A stretch of DNA of 62,151 nt, filler included, from Platydemus manokwari (Eukaryota), in assembly GCA_037951405.1 (NCBI GenBank). It is 5 parts of 5 records of this genome, joined end to end, with 100 filler letters (N's around TTAATTAATTAA, not from the genome) between each part and the next. Parts side by side here need not be neighbours in the genome. Positions count along the whole stretch, not along the records: positions 10,982 to 26,964 come from JBBMOY011224765.1; positions 27,065 to 39,053 come from JBBMOY010360002.1; positions 39,154 to 50,813 come from JBBMOY010541107.1; 2 more parts are not named here. One strand, given 5' to 3'. Positions 26,061 to 39,323 of this stretch are shown here, one piece after another. Below the pieces are notes generated by a model. That model had not been told where the DNA came from and made no database searches. It worked only from the letters and a program-made list of their open reading frames with translations. The position numbers and the translations under genes are program-made. Position 1 is the first letter of the stretch; the number at the start of each line of letters is the position of its first letter.

Positions 26061-26964
26061 ATACCAATACCCTTCTTAAAAGTAATGTTGTAAAAGAAAA
26101 TAGGCCAAGTGACAAGATAGAATTGGAAAAATATTTGAATATCTTAATAAGACTTATATTTTACTGAGAGAAAGTCAATATTTTCTTGAAAAGAATGAAT
26201 ATAACTTCAAGCCTTCAATAATTATTGTTTCAGACTTATGAGATATACCTGATAATTCATAATTTTTAAAGAAGTTCTTATAATTCGGTACAAAAAATTG
26301 TTTGATCATAAATAATCTGTTTTAATTGGAATACTTTTTCTGTCAACCTTTTATTAATATTATTAGGATGAATATTTTGGAAATTACAATAACATAAATT
26401 TATTTTATATTATTGTCTTTTAAAACCATAAACATAGAAAATTAAGAAAAATTCGTCTATAAGTGTGATAGGTATCTCACTCTAAGTAAGGACATGACTT
26501 ATATAAAAGTAAGAATATGAATAATAAAGAAACAAAAGTAAGATTTAAATAAAGGTTCAGAATGGAAATTTAAAATAAAGACATCATTTGCGAGTGATTT
26601 GATTATTGCCATCAACTGTCTAATGGACAACAAGATTATAGAAATCGAAAACATAGAAAATGTGGTGGATAATACAATGAGTCATATATTGATAAAAACA
26701 CATTAATTAGGTATTTCTCAGTGATTTGAAATTGTAGAAATTGAAAAAGAAATCAACAGTCTGAATATAGAATAAATGTATAATTATAACAATAAAGCAA
26801 ATTAGGAAATAAAATGAGTAGATGAATTCCATATAAACATATAGTTCAGTAGTGAAGTCAGCAGAAAACATAAGAAATTACAAAATGATGAAGCCTCCGA
26901 ATCAAAATGTAATGATAATTTTTAAAAAAATATTATTATTTTGAGGAAAATTTAAAGGAACAAA

Positions 26965-27064
26965 NNNNNNNNNNNNNNNNNNNNNNNNNNNNNNNNNNNN
27001 NNNNNNNNTTAATTAATTAANNNNNNNNNNNNNNNNNNNNNNNNNNNNNNNNNNNNNNNNNNNN
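26965..27064. other. Synthetic assembly linker (44 N + TTAATTAATTAA + 44 N)
   Basis: Identical to the other three linkers. Confidence 0.97.
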
Positions 27065-28839
27065 TGTTCAGCGTTATAACAATTTGTGTTAATAAAATAC
27101 CTGCATAAAAACATGAATAACTTTTGACTCAACCTGGTATTGTGATAATATATGTTATTATAAATCGCCAAATAGTTCGTGAGCACATAATTTTTCAATT
27201 AACAATAATATGGTTTTGCAGGGATCGTCTTTCATTTTTCTACTAATCTCAATTGTCATAGATTTACTGAAATGTCCATTCAAATATTCGTAATTAAAAT
27301 CCACGTATGTGGTGTCAAATAAGATAGTGTTATCTTATTGACTATCTTTTTAGTTTTACTGAAAGTGTGAGCAAGTCTGAGAACAGAATGTCAATCGAGT
27401 TGTGTATATTGAAGAAAAGGTTCACCTTTAAGTATCAATATCAGTCTTACATTCTAATTTCTGGAACATCTTTCTCATATTTTTATTGTTTTTTCCTTCT
27501 TCTCATGTTCATTCTCTTTTCGTAGTGTTCCAGATGTGCCTAGTTTTTTTCTGGATTAAATTAAAAACCTAATTGTTGTTCATTACATTCATTATGGATC
27601 ATATTTTCAGTACCGCTACATCATTAAATACCATGACGAAGATACTATGACTAGATCCGTGATTATTATTAACTTGAATTTAAGGGCTGGACCCTTGATT
27701 ATTTTTTTTTGTGCAATTTGTTCAGACGTTTATAGATTTGTTAGAAACATAAATCTTAGTGTTCAACCATTATCTTTTTAGATTCAGAGAGATAGGATCA
27801 TACGAGTATTTGTTGCGCTCTACAGCAAGTAGACTCAACAATTTTATGGATACCTTTTTTATATAGCTTATTTTACAATAACTAAACTTCCATGATCAAC
27901 GATGAGGATTTTTATCTAAAACAGTGACCCTTATATTTATTTTGCAAAAAAGTGAAATTTACTAGCAGAAATGGCACCCGAAATCGATTATTTTATCTAC
28001 TTTTTGTTTAAAACTTTACAGATTACTTATTATTTTTATCCTAAATTGGATAAAAAAATCATAGAATTAATTAAACTGGTTATTAATAAATTTTTGATAC
28101 CAGGTAAGTAATGTCTCTTCAACTTGTATATCTCATCAGCATTACAAAAATATTAATTAATATTATAAATATAATCTTAATTATAATATTATTAAATAAA
28201 TATCTTTATCCAATAAGCTTTCTGTTAAATATAAATCAATTTAAAAATTATTATTGGATAAATTGTGATTTAATAATCGATCATTTAATTGTGAAAATTG
28301 TTAACCTTGTCCTTATTATAATACCAGCTTAAAAATCTAAAAGAAAAGAATTAATTTAATTTAAAAACAAATAAACTTCCAGAAACGATAACAATTTTCT
28401 GTATATTTCAAGCACGATAGCAGTATCTCTCTTTTTTGCCTATTTAGGTATAAAATTATTATTGTCATGAACTCTGAATAATATCTCTATTACTATATAT
28501 ATAAAGATGAACATCACACTAAAATACATTTTAGCACACTGGGAACCCTTGTTTTTGACGTTTTGCAAATACACATATCTATAAGACCATACAGACATGA
28601 TAGTCAGATTAATCAGGGACGACACAAATTGAAGATTCTAATTTGAAAAAGTACATACTCCATAACAACATAAACAAAGGAATTGACCACTGTTGATAAT
28701 AGAAAATCGATAAACCTAATTGTAATTGGAAAAAGAAAAGATCAAATTAAAATGTGACACAAAATACACATAAGATTCAGGTATAAACTCAGGCAAAGAT
28801 AACCTATTGGTGGTTGAATTTGGCAAAAAGGAGTTTTTA

Positions 28840-29285
28840 ACGTTTGTGTTTATTTGAACTGAGTGCTGATTAGCGCCAGGTTTTCCAATAAAAATTGCAA
28901 TCTTCATTTATTTAGTAAATTTAGCAATTATTTGGTGATCTAGTTTTTGAACATATTTAAGAAAATGATTTTAATTAGGAAAAAGCCAGATAACAAAGTC
29001 TACCAGGTTTCACAACCAGTCCTGCTACAGATAAGAGTGATTCATCAAGTAGATTTCACTAGAAGCCACAAATTACCTGTTGATCAATATGGAGGAGATC
29101 TAGTTAATTTCGACAACTTCATGATGGACTACTGAATGTATTTCTCTGCTAGCCTACAACCAAATTGATCAAAGAAACATAATCCAGTGGACAATGATGA
29201 CAGATTTTTTATCGGAGAGACATTGGTCGCATAGTTAGGCAAAAAATTCTTCTCGAGATCCAAAAAACTCGGTGAATCAGCTGAA
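28840..29285 (-). mobile_element. Decayed Ty3/Gypsy pol fragment (connection domain to RNase H)
   Basis: Minus-strand SFLDLEKNFLPNYATNVSPIKNL...IQ*SIMKLSKLTRSPP resembles SFLGL..YYRRFIPNYA.IA.PL..L...AF.KLK..LTSPP. Downstream IFIGKPGAN resembles I.YKPG..N. Confidence 0.4.
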
Positions 29286-32200
29286 AGTTTTACTTATCAT
29301 CTGTTATTATTGTGTGTGTAACAAAAACAATAAAGATTCATACGGAGACCATGGAAAAGTCGATACACACAGACACAATAAATGCACATTTCAATAACCA
29401 ATCAAATTCCCAAAAAAATTAATCTATAAATAAAATTCTATTGTGTCATACACCAACAACAGGCAACAAACATCAAGATATGCCAATTACATGGGAAATA
29501 GAAGACAGTTATTGGATGGTAAGCGTTAATGAATATTTAACTATATATAATTAAAAATTCTTATCACTTAAGATATTAATATTAATATTACTGAAAATTT
29601 TATTTTTTGAATACAATTTAAAAATTAATCAATAATCAATGTAAAATATTTCCTTTTTTATTTTGTCATGGTTGCATTCCGAACTACTGAAATCAGAAGT
29701 TAAACATTAATTGATTCTATTTTTTCCATTGTGACTGATTAATCAATGGCTTGATTGCACAAGTCGTATGGAAGCCTGAAATAAATTATATTATATATTA
29801 TTAATCGTATTAAATCTAAAACCAAAGACTCGAATTTTAAAACTTAGTAAAATTAAATTCTATTAGCGAAATATATTATGAAATAAATTTATATAAAAAA
29901 TAATAAACATCAGAATAAATGTGATAATTTCAAATATAATGTCAGGGATTAATTATATAATATTTTCTAGTGAATATTTCTGAAATATTTTAAATTTTTC
30001 ATAAAATTTTTGTCGTTACTTATATAAAGCTGTTTTATTTTTATTATTATAATTCAAGAATGCCTGATATGCCATAAACGTATAATTATAAAATATTAAA
30101 GTTTTATTTTATTCATCAAATTCAGATGGAGTTATAAAAAATCAATAACTATCCTTGTTTTCTGAAATCTAAAAGTTCAAATATCACAGACAGAGTCAAG
30201 GCCAAACTGTTGGTTAATTGTAACTTTTATTGTTATCAAAGGTGAGAATTTATAATAGCTAATACATGAAAATATTTAAGAGAATTGAATTTATAATTTT
30301 AAAATAATATATCAAAGAAGGGAATTTTCAAAATTTAAATCAATAATAAGTTTTAACTGCCGATATTTTGAATCACTAATTTAAGAATTTCACTCGAAAA
30401 ATATTTTATAATGATATTCTGTTAAAGATTGCTATGAGACCGATATAATTAAAGACATATTAATACATATAATACTCGAAGTTAGCATCCAAGTCAAGTC
30501 ATGAGATGGACTACATTTCGAAAGAAACAATACATATTAAAAAGTATATTTTATTTATTCTATTAATCATCTTTATATCTTACTTTATTTTTATTGAACA
30601 TTCATAATCTTTTAAAATATATTACCACCATTTATTTTTGTAAATTGAATTCTGAATAAAAAAATATTTAGAAAAACTATTTTAATTTTAATTTGATGGA
30701 AAATAAAAATGTTAAAGCGCGAAGTTAATAAGTAAATATTATGAAATAAATAAAGTTGGTTAGGAATAAAAATTAAATTTTATACAATTTTGGAAACTTA
30801 AAATTATTATTATGGAAATTTATTACAAGGGAAAAAATTTATAAATTAGTTGAAAACGACGTCGATTTATGGTTGGCAAATGATTGACGATTGGCTAATT
30901 TCGGAAAAGAATAAATAATTAATATGAAATTATTAAGTACTTGACTAGTGACAGAAAAATAACGCGCAATGCTCAGTAAAATATAGATTTTCACACAACT
31001 TTTAATTCAAAACTACCATTTAAATACTTGTTTCTAATTAAGCCAAAGATAAATTCTAAAGAATTTATTCCTATTGGATTATGTCACTTATCATTTATCA
31101 TGTCACTTATAAATCAAATTCGAGCTTTCTAAATCATTATATTTCATCTTATTTCATCGAATTTATTTACTTTACTTACAAGATCGTCTAACATTAAATC
31201 ACAGGCCTAATGTTGCTATTGTCTAATTATTTATAAATAGTAGTTATTTCCTTTTATTTGCTAATTTACTACTTTTATTTTGACAATATATAAATTTGAT
31301 TTATAAAGTTTATAAAAATATTTTTGAACAATTTAGGTCTTGTAAACTTATGTCCTATAAAAACTTGTAATTAAATAAGAACAATACTAACGGTTACAGT
31401 AACAAACTATATTAATTATATTCTTTGTTGGTGAATGTTTTAGATTTCATTATAATACCCATCGAATTACCTACATAACCAACCTCTATTAATATTTAAT
31501 ATTTGCTTCATGTGAAGACTGTAAAAATAAAAATAACTCTCACCTCAATAAATGAAACAAATTTTCCAAAACGAATTTCATATAATTTAAATAAATAAAT
31601 AAAATATCGAAATAGATAAATAAATATTTATTTTTTAATTATTATTTAATACAAAGAATTTCTGTTAAAAGTTATTAATAATAATTTTCTAATATTTGCA
31701 ACGTGTAAGTTTTTACAAAACGAAGTCTGAATGTAAAATGTGATTAGGTTTGGACATGAACATTCAACATTGTTAGTAATTAATTGGGAATTCAAAATAT
31801 AAAGATAACTTTAATGTTGAAATGATAAGATAAAATGTTGAAATATTGGCAGATATCAAATGATATTTTTAAAACTTAGTATTTTATTTTCAAATATTAT
31901 GTATATGTGACATGAACCTTTAAATTTTCCCGAAAAATCCCGTACAAAATTTTAAACATTTAATTAATCATTTTTATCATAAAAACTCCAAATTTATTGA
32001 AACAAATATGAATAATAAGAAAAATATAAATTCCAAAACATAGTAATTCAAACAGAAGTTACCGCAGTAAAGCACAATTATTTAAAGAACGAAACGAAAG
32101 TCGCAAAAAATCAATTTAATGTTGTAAATACAAATAGTTAATAAAAATGTTAATCCAAAATCTGTGATTTTATAATGTAAAAAATTCAACAAGTATTTAT

Positions 32201-32760
32201 AGATGATCAAATCAAACCCACAGATAACTATTTTGATATTCGATAATGATTCTAATTGGAATTCTCATTGAAATCACAGTCATCAGTGGAGCCCACATGC
32301 AGTTCATATGACACGTTGTATATAATTATATCAATAATTATTTATTTGTAATTTGATATAAGCAAGCTTAAAAAGTATCTATTTAATTATTTAAAAGTGC
32401 AACGATATCAAATGACGTATTTTCTTACGAAAATTAAAAAACTAGTTAATTGTTTGATAGATGTTTTTTAGATAATTAAATATAAAAATTTGATATCTAT
32501 ACGATAAACATTCAAAATAAACTTGATAAGTTTTTGAAAATTGAGTTTAATTTATTATCATTTTTTTCTTCATAATTATATATATCCTTGTTTTAAACAA
32601 TTGTTTTTTAATAAAATTAGATATTGAAAATTTTAAAATATGGTTTTAATAAATATAAATATTGACAATGTTAACCTTTAAGAATTTATATAAGTTAAAA
32701 CAAAATAATTTGAACTTTCTTTGAACATAAGATCATTTATTGATAAAAGAAAAATTCAAA

Positions 32761-33450
32761 TTAGTTCAGTCTTGCCCTTGAAGCTACAGTGGTTTGCATA
32801 TAACTTGGTTTATGAGAGGTAGCGATTTTTTTGGGTTCATCGAGCGAACTTTTGGATCGAACAGCATTGACTGAGGCACAGCCAGTGACTCGAGCAGTTA
32901 TTTCAGCACTTTTTTCTTGAAAACCTTGTTGAAGTTTTTGTTTCTTTATTTTCTCAATTAAACTCTTATGCCATTCTGGAGACTCGCTTTCATCTTCAAT
33001 GAGAGAAAGTTGACTGGCACTTGTCTGCAATGAAATCATTGATTTCTGACGTTGCCTGAATTTTCTATCTTCCTCAAGAATACTATAGGTTTTTGAATTA
33101 CATTCACTGGTTTTCTTTTTCAGCCAATGTTCTTTCAGTGAATACGTTCGAAGCATTTTATCGGATTCTGAAAATGATGATAGCGAACTGCCAGCATTGG
33201 AACGTTCTTTTGAAGAGAAAATTGGCTCAGATTCAGATAAACCCTGTTGATTCGATCGCAGGCTTGAATTAGAATAATTGAAAGATTTTTTTCGATTAAA
33301 TTCAAACTTTTCCTTCTCTATCGATTTGGACGCAATCTTCTGTTCTTTTAACAATTGCTCTTGTTTAATTTCTAACCGTCTGTCTTCAGTGATATTGTTG
33401 TGATAAGTCCTACGTCGACCTATCCTTTCAGAGATGTAATCACTGTCCAT
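32761..33450 (-). CDS. Intronless 229-aa protein of unknown function (Lys/Ser/Glu-rich, partly coiled-coil or disordered)
   Basis: A 690-bp ATG-to-TAA ORF in DNA where stops are very frequent, with higher GC than its flanks. Ends in KPSYMQTTVASRARLN. No family recognised. Confidence 0.75.
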   Translation of the reverse strand: MDSDYISERIGRRRTYHNNITEDRRLEIKQEQLLKEQKIASKSIEKEKFEFNRKKSFNYSNSSLRSNQQGLSESEPIFSSKERSNAGSSLSSFSESDKMLRTYSLKEHWLKKKTSECNSKTYSILEEDRKFRQRQKSMISLQTSASQLSLIEDESESPEWHKSLIEKIKKQKLQQGFQEKSAEITARVTGCASVNAVRSKSSLDEPKKIATSHKPSYMQTTVASRARLN

Positions 33451-35126
33451 ATAGATGGAGTGAATATTGTGAATATTTAACTAATAAAACAATGAATTAT
33501 ATTAGCATTAATTTATCGACAATTTGATCAATGTTCGCTGATTTGTTGACATCTCTCGATATTTGGTCTCAGCCTGTCAGTCTGTTCTGAGAATATATTT
33601 TAATGTCTCAGTGTGATTAATTATGGATCTGATTTGCTTGTAGTCGGATGAAATTATACAAGATAAATATTATGCATTGGTTGAAATTTTGATAAACAAT
33701 GTAAATGAGTTGAATTTCTTAATTGTGAAATCATATATCCATATTTTACATATCAAATTACAAAATTTTCGATTCGATATGTATATAAACGTTAAAATAT
33801 TATGAATAATATTAATATATAAATATTTAATTATTGGATCAATAGTTGTCGATTTTAAGAATAATAAAATATTACAAACTAGTTTTTAAATTTATCACAT
33901 TATTTTCAATTGTTGTGTGTTGAAATTAGATTTTAAAAGTTTAAAATATTATTATACTATGTGAAAATATTATTCTATTTATATGGTAATTTCTGGATAA
34001 ATTATGATCAAGCGGAAGCAATACCATTAAAAACTACATATGAATAATGGATCTCAAGAACAAAATGTTACCCAAAGGAAACCAATTGTCTTCACTTCAT
34101 CTGATAAATAAACTTGAAAAGTACAAACATCGAGGGCACAATAGATTTTACAGGATTTATTTTTAAAACATTAAATCAATACTTTTAACAACGAGATTGA
34201 GTCGAAGATTTATTAGATATTTTTAGAGTCTTAGCAACATTATTTTTATGCTTTTTGCAATACCAAAATTAATTAATATAATTTATCCAATTAATTTAAC
34301 ATTCTGTTTGATTTCCTTGCTTTCAAACAATTCTATAAATAAAACCATAATATCACGTGAATATGAGGTCAACTGAAGCAAAACAAATAAATATCCTTCG
34401 TTTTCTCACATCAACGAGAATATTAATGATTGTTTTTAAAATCTTTTGTTTTTACAAACAATGTATTATCATTATTATTTGTTTGAAATAATGTTAATTA
34501 TAAAAATACTTTACAAATGTATTAATCAAAACCTAACGAGACACAAAATAATAGACCAACTTAAATATGATCAATAAAATCGAGTTTCAATGTCCTTAAG
34601 TTGATCTTAAAATAGCTTAAAACCACTCACAAGTTAATCCAATCACGTACGCGTTGTTTAATAAAAAAAATCAAGTGGAAAATAATTTTCTAATTGACAA
34701 CCCATCAACGTATTTAGAATATAGAACATAATCGATTAAAAATAATGTTCAATTTTTCATTATATCAATAAACATGCATGACCAATCAATACATGAGATT
34801 CGCCCGAGAGAAAAAAAAATAAGCCACGAATAATGAATAAATTAATTTAATAGACGCCAAAAATGATAAAGTCAAATAAGATGAATAAATCGAATCAATT
34901 TACTAGTTCAAAAATCATAACGCTGATACTGATTTATTAATAAAATATCAATAATTTTTTGAACACCTTATACACAGGGAACACAATCCAAGCCAAATCT
35001 AATTTTGATCAAAAGAAAACTATTGCACAACCAACATACGAAACGAGCTCAATCCCATAGACATTAATTGTATTACACAACATTTTCATATAACATTGAA
35101 ATCACGTGCCATACGCGATATGTCTA

Positions 35127-35206
35127 TTAATTTGTCATTATTCTTCCTGAAATGCTGGATCTATGTGTGATTGTTGCCGATTCGGCGCTGGTTTTTTGTT
35201 CGATAT
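35127..35206 (-). CDS. Candidate terminal exon of Lunapark (DIEQKTSAESATITHRSSISGRIMTN*)
   Basis: ttcag| acceptor in phase 1, matching the donor at 37630. GC-richer than flanks, ends in TAA. Competing acceptors exist. Confidence 0.4.
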
Positions 35207-37629
35207 CTGAATAAATAGACGTTAAAAATTAATTCACTAATTCGATCGATCAAATACCAAAAATCCAATAAAATGCGTTTAATATTCACGTCGGCAAAAC
35301 ACTTTAAGAAAACATTAATCACATCTAATCATACACCAGCTTAGAATTAATAAGCGAAATTTATCAAATATGTGCAACAAATCAAAAAGTAGAGACAACC
35401 ACAATTTTCATAATATTATTTTTAAGTGTTAATGGAATAATCATTGAACAGCAATCATGTTCACAGATGAAATGGAATATTGTTGCAGCTTTGTTCCTAT
35501 ATTTATCAAATAATTAGTCATATGAAATATTCATATTTGTATTTGAAAATCCATGAAAACCACACACGCACCAATAGAGTAACAAATCCAAACGAAAATG
35601 ATCAATAATAGTCCGATGAATTTTCCAGTAATTGTAGAGAAAATAATTAGAGAATCATTCATCAATTAATGTGCGTGAGAGAATAAACGATACATTATGA
35701 TAGTTTGAACATTTTTTTGCTCATTGTTAAATTTGCCAAAGAAGAAATAACAATATTTCGATATTAACACACATATATAGTTAGTAAATTATCATGGTCT
35801 ATTATTTAATGAATATTTCTTTATTGAAAAAATCATTAGAAATGTTAATTTTTATATCAAAGTTCTTTATAACAAGAAAAGAGGCTACAAAAACCAGAAG
35901 ATTGCTAAAAATAAAAGATTTTCGTAATGGCAATTGTTCGATTAAAGTGCGACAGTCGTATATGGATTATAAACAACAATGAGTATGTAACCAATCAAAT
36001 GAAAGTAGAGTAGAAAACCATTCACAATTATCTCAATTATGTTGTGCAATATAGAATCGCGGTTAATAAGATTTTATATCCTAATTTCTTTAATTCTAAA
36101 AATTACTTATTATTATTATTAATGAAATGGACTTCGAAACCAATTTTATAAATATTGTTTTTCTCAAAACTTTTCACAAAACACATGTCGTCAACTATTT
36201 GTGTCGATTGTTTATTCGCTGTATAACAATCTTATGCATTAAAACACACAAATCAAATAATTGATAGAATGTAGATTATAAAGATCACTTGAAAAATATG
36301 TGAAAATCAAATAAATTCATTGAATTTTCAAGTGATTTCATTGATGATTTGAAAAGAAAATTCAATCCAACAATCACTATAATATAGTTTTTAAAATTAA
36401 AGATGACACTTGACAAAAAAAAATTAGCCCTTTCCAAAAGAAAATTCAAGAAATATCAATGTTTTGAAAATTCCCCACATGTGCTGAGAAATACCACATC
36501 AATCAATAAATACACTGCTTCATTTTTTACAAGCTGAAAATTTTCTGAAAAAGATCATGATTTCGAGTTTTATAATCGGGAAAATTGTTGACAAAAAATT
36601 GATAGTGCTTGTTTTTTCAGACTTTTGGAGAATATTTAATGAAAAATTGCTCCAATTCCCTGATTAATCACAAATTGAATTTGTATTTATTTGAATAATA
36701 ATAAATATTTATTAACCAAACAAGTGTCTGAGAGACATGTAGGTCACAGAAATAATTTATATTTGTAACTGGAGTTTTCTGTTATAAATTGTCCCAGCAA
36801 TCACATGTTTTCATATTAATAAATGTTCATCCATTCAACATGAGTGAAATATCGATAAAATTGATTGAAAAATATATTATGGTTTAATTAATGATTTGCG
36901 ATTAATCATTTGGATAAAATCGTCAAATAAATCATCTACACTGAATACATCTGCCAAACAAATATGAATTATTTCTCATTAATGACATGACATATGATCA
37001 AACCTAGATGACATCTCAAAATGACAAAAACAAATGTCAAAAAGTCAATATTTGAATAACAGAGTTTATCAATGATTACCAGATTTCAATTTGACAAAAT
37101 TTATTAGAATAATAATGAATTGAAAACGAGTTTTTATCAGCAGACACGATTTCAAAATTGATATAATTATATTCATCATATGTTATTTCCAATTCGATAT
37201 TCAACCCACGAAAGAGCGATATATAATACAAATAATCCGGATTATGACTCTCATTCAATGCATTTTAACTCATCAACACAATCGATAATATCGATTATAT
37301 CAAATAATGAATGAGTAAACCCAATGGCAACCATAGCACATCGATTGAAAAATTGTCCAATCAAAATCGTTTATTATTTCAGAGAATAATGATGCATAAA
37401 AATTAGTTGTTATTAAGTGGTGAGATTTCCATTTTCATGGCATTTTATATTATGAGCGCACCATAAACATCAATAACAATATTTGAACCAATTATTATAA
37501 TAATGACATCACTTTACATATATTATCAAATGACAAACCATATCAACCAATGAAATTATGAGAATATTTGATAAATTGTTTCAAAAATGACTGGAACAAA
37601 TATGAGAAAGGAAAAAAAAATTAACAAAC

Positions 37630-38990
37630 CTTTCTCGACATCTTCAATGCAACTTTTGAGAAAACCTTGTTTGCTTTTAAACATTTCCACACCCGTATTG
37701 GAATCATTGCCATAGATTTTTGGTGGATCGGGTTTGACTTGTCGAGGAACATTGTAACCCGAACAATAAGCACATTTATATCCTGGAAATAAAAAAACAT
37801 TGGAAAACTATTTCCCACAATATTCGATTACCTAAAAATGGAAATTCTTCAGCCAAAGCCATTCCATTATGGCTTGAACAATGCTTACAAATCAAAGCAT
37901 ATCTGCGATCAAATCCATCACCGACAACGAAATCAATGATTTTATCGAAACTCGAACGATTTTGATTGAGCAAAGGTCTGATAAGTTTGATTTCATTAGT
38001 TCCAACAGACCCTGATCAAATCAATATTGAGATCAATATTTGTAAAACTTAAACGTCAACTTGATTTCTGGCAATCTACTGGTCGAAGATCATTAACTGA
38101 AACTGCTTTGATATTATCTGATATTTTCTTCGGTTTTTTCTTGAGATTCTTCAGATCCAATTCGGTATCGGAATTATGTTCAATCTTAGCTTTTAATTGT
38201 TTTTCGGGATTATTTTCATATTCGTTACGGAACTCATAGTCCGGATCGAACTTGTTTAATAATTCATTAGCTCGTTTATAAGTTTCTTTTTCAATGACAT
38301 CTGTCAACTAATACCGCTTTCAATTTTCCATTAATTTTAATAAATAAATTTTACCAGTGTTTTCAAATTGTTTTTCAAATCAAGCAATTTCTTATCTAAA
38401 TATTGGAAAATATTTTTTAAACAGAGCTTTAAAATATTTATTGAAAAGGTCATAATTACTCATAAATTCACCTACCCACATAACTGAGCCGTCTAATATA
38501 AAACCAATGAATGACTTTCTTTATGTAGAAAATCCTAATCAAAGACGAGGATATTATCGCGTTGTGTCATAATGGGAAACTTACAGAAATGGAAACGCAA
38601 CTAATGGCGCAAAATACAGTGGCCAATAATTTGTTTTGGATGGTTTTACATATATTACTATGAATGCAGTACAACTAAAATAAAGCATAAAAGAATAAAG
38701 CAATAAGCTGCCGATTATTTGCTTTTCATTGCTTAAATTTAGTCTACGCTTTTCTTCAATTTCTTTCACGGACTTAATTTCAAAGACTGTCAAAACATCT
38801 TTCAATAAATAACAATATTTACTTCTTTTATGTATTCTAACTGTTCCTGTATAGATTTAGAATTTTTCTAGAAATTAAAATTTAAAAAGCTAATTATAAT
38901 AAAAGTTAAAATTGTATTTAAAATCCTAAATAAAGTCCAAGTAATTAGTAAAGTAATAATTACCCGAAAAATATTTGAAAAGAATCTCAT
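37630..38990 (-). CDS. LNPK: ER junction formation protein Lunapark; exons 38990-38964, 38867-38823, 38772-38585, 38534-38476, 38395-38355, 38307-38061, 38011-37832, 37782-37630; last exon uncertain
   Basis: Spliced protein has an N-terminal coiled coil, two TM segments (LLLYSFMLYF...FAPLVAFPFLIF), VIEKETYKRANELLNKFDPD, RSSFDKIIDFVVGDG and the C4 zinc finger RYALICKHCSSHNGMALAEEF...YKCAYC. All intron phases are consistent. Confidence 0.93.
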
Positions 38991-39053
38991 TGATGCAGTC
39001 AAAAATTATATTACTAAAGACATTATTAAAACATTATTTTGAAAGGATTTATT

Positions 39054-39153
39054 NNNNNNNNNNNNNNNNNNNNNNNNNNNNNNNNNNNNNNNNNNNNTTA
39101 ATTAATTAANNNNNNNNNNNNNNNNNNNNNNNNNNNNNNNNNNNNNNNNNNNN
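39054..39153. other. Synthetic assembly linker (44 N + TTAATTAATTAA + 44 N)
   Basis: Identical to the other linkers. It truncates the peptidase gene on its right. Confidence 0.97.
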
Positions 39154-39323
39154 ATTCTTTGTTTTCAATTTTTAAATTTAATTTAACAAATTAAATTTAA
39201 AATAATTCGATTAAAATTTTAATCCTCACAATCCCATTATATGGTATGGGATCAATCAGGAACATAGATAAATTATCTGTTGCTTATTGATTTATTTTCA
39301 AATCAATGTTTTCTTGAATTCAG

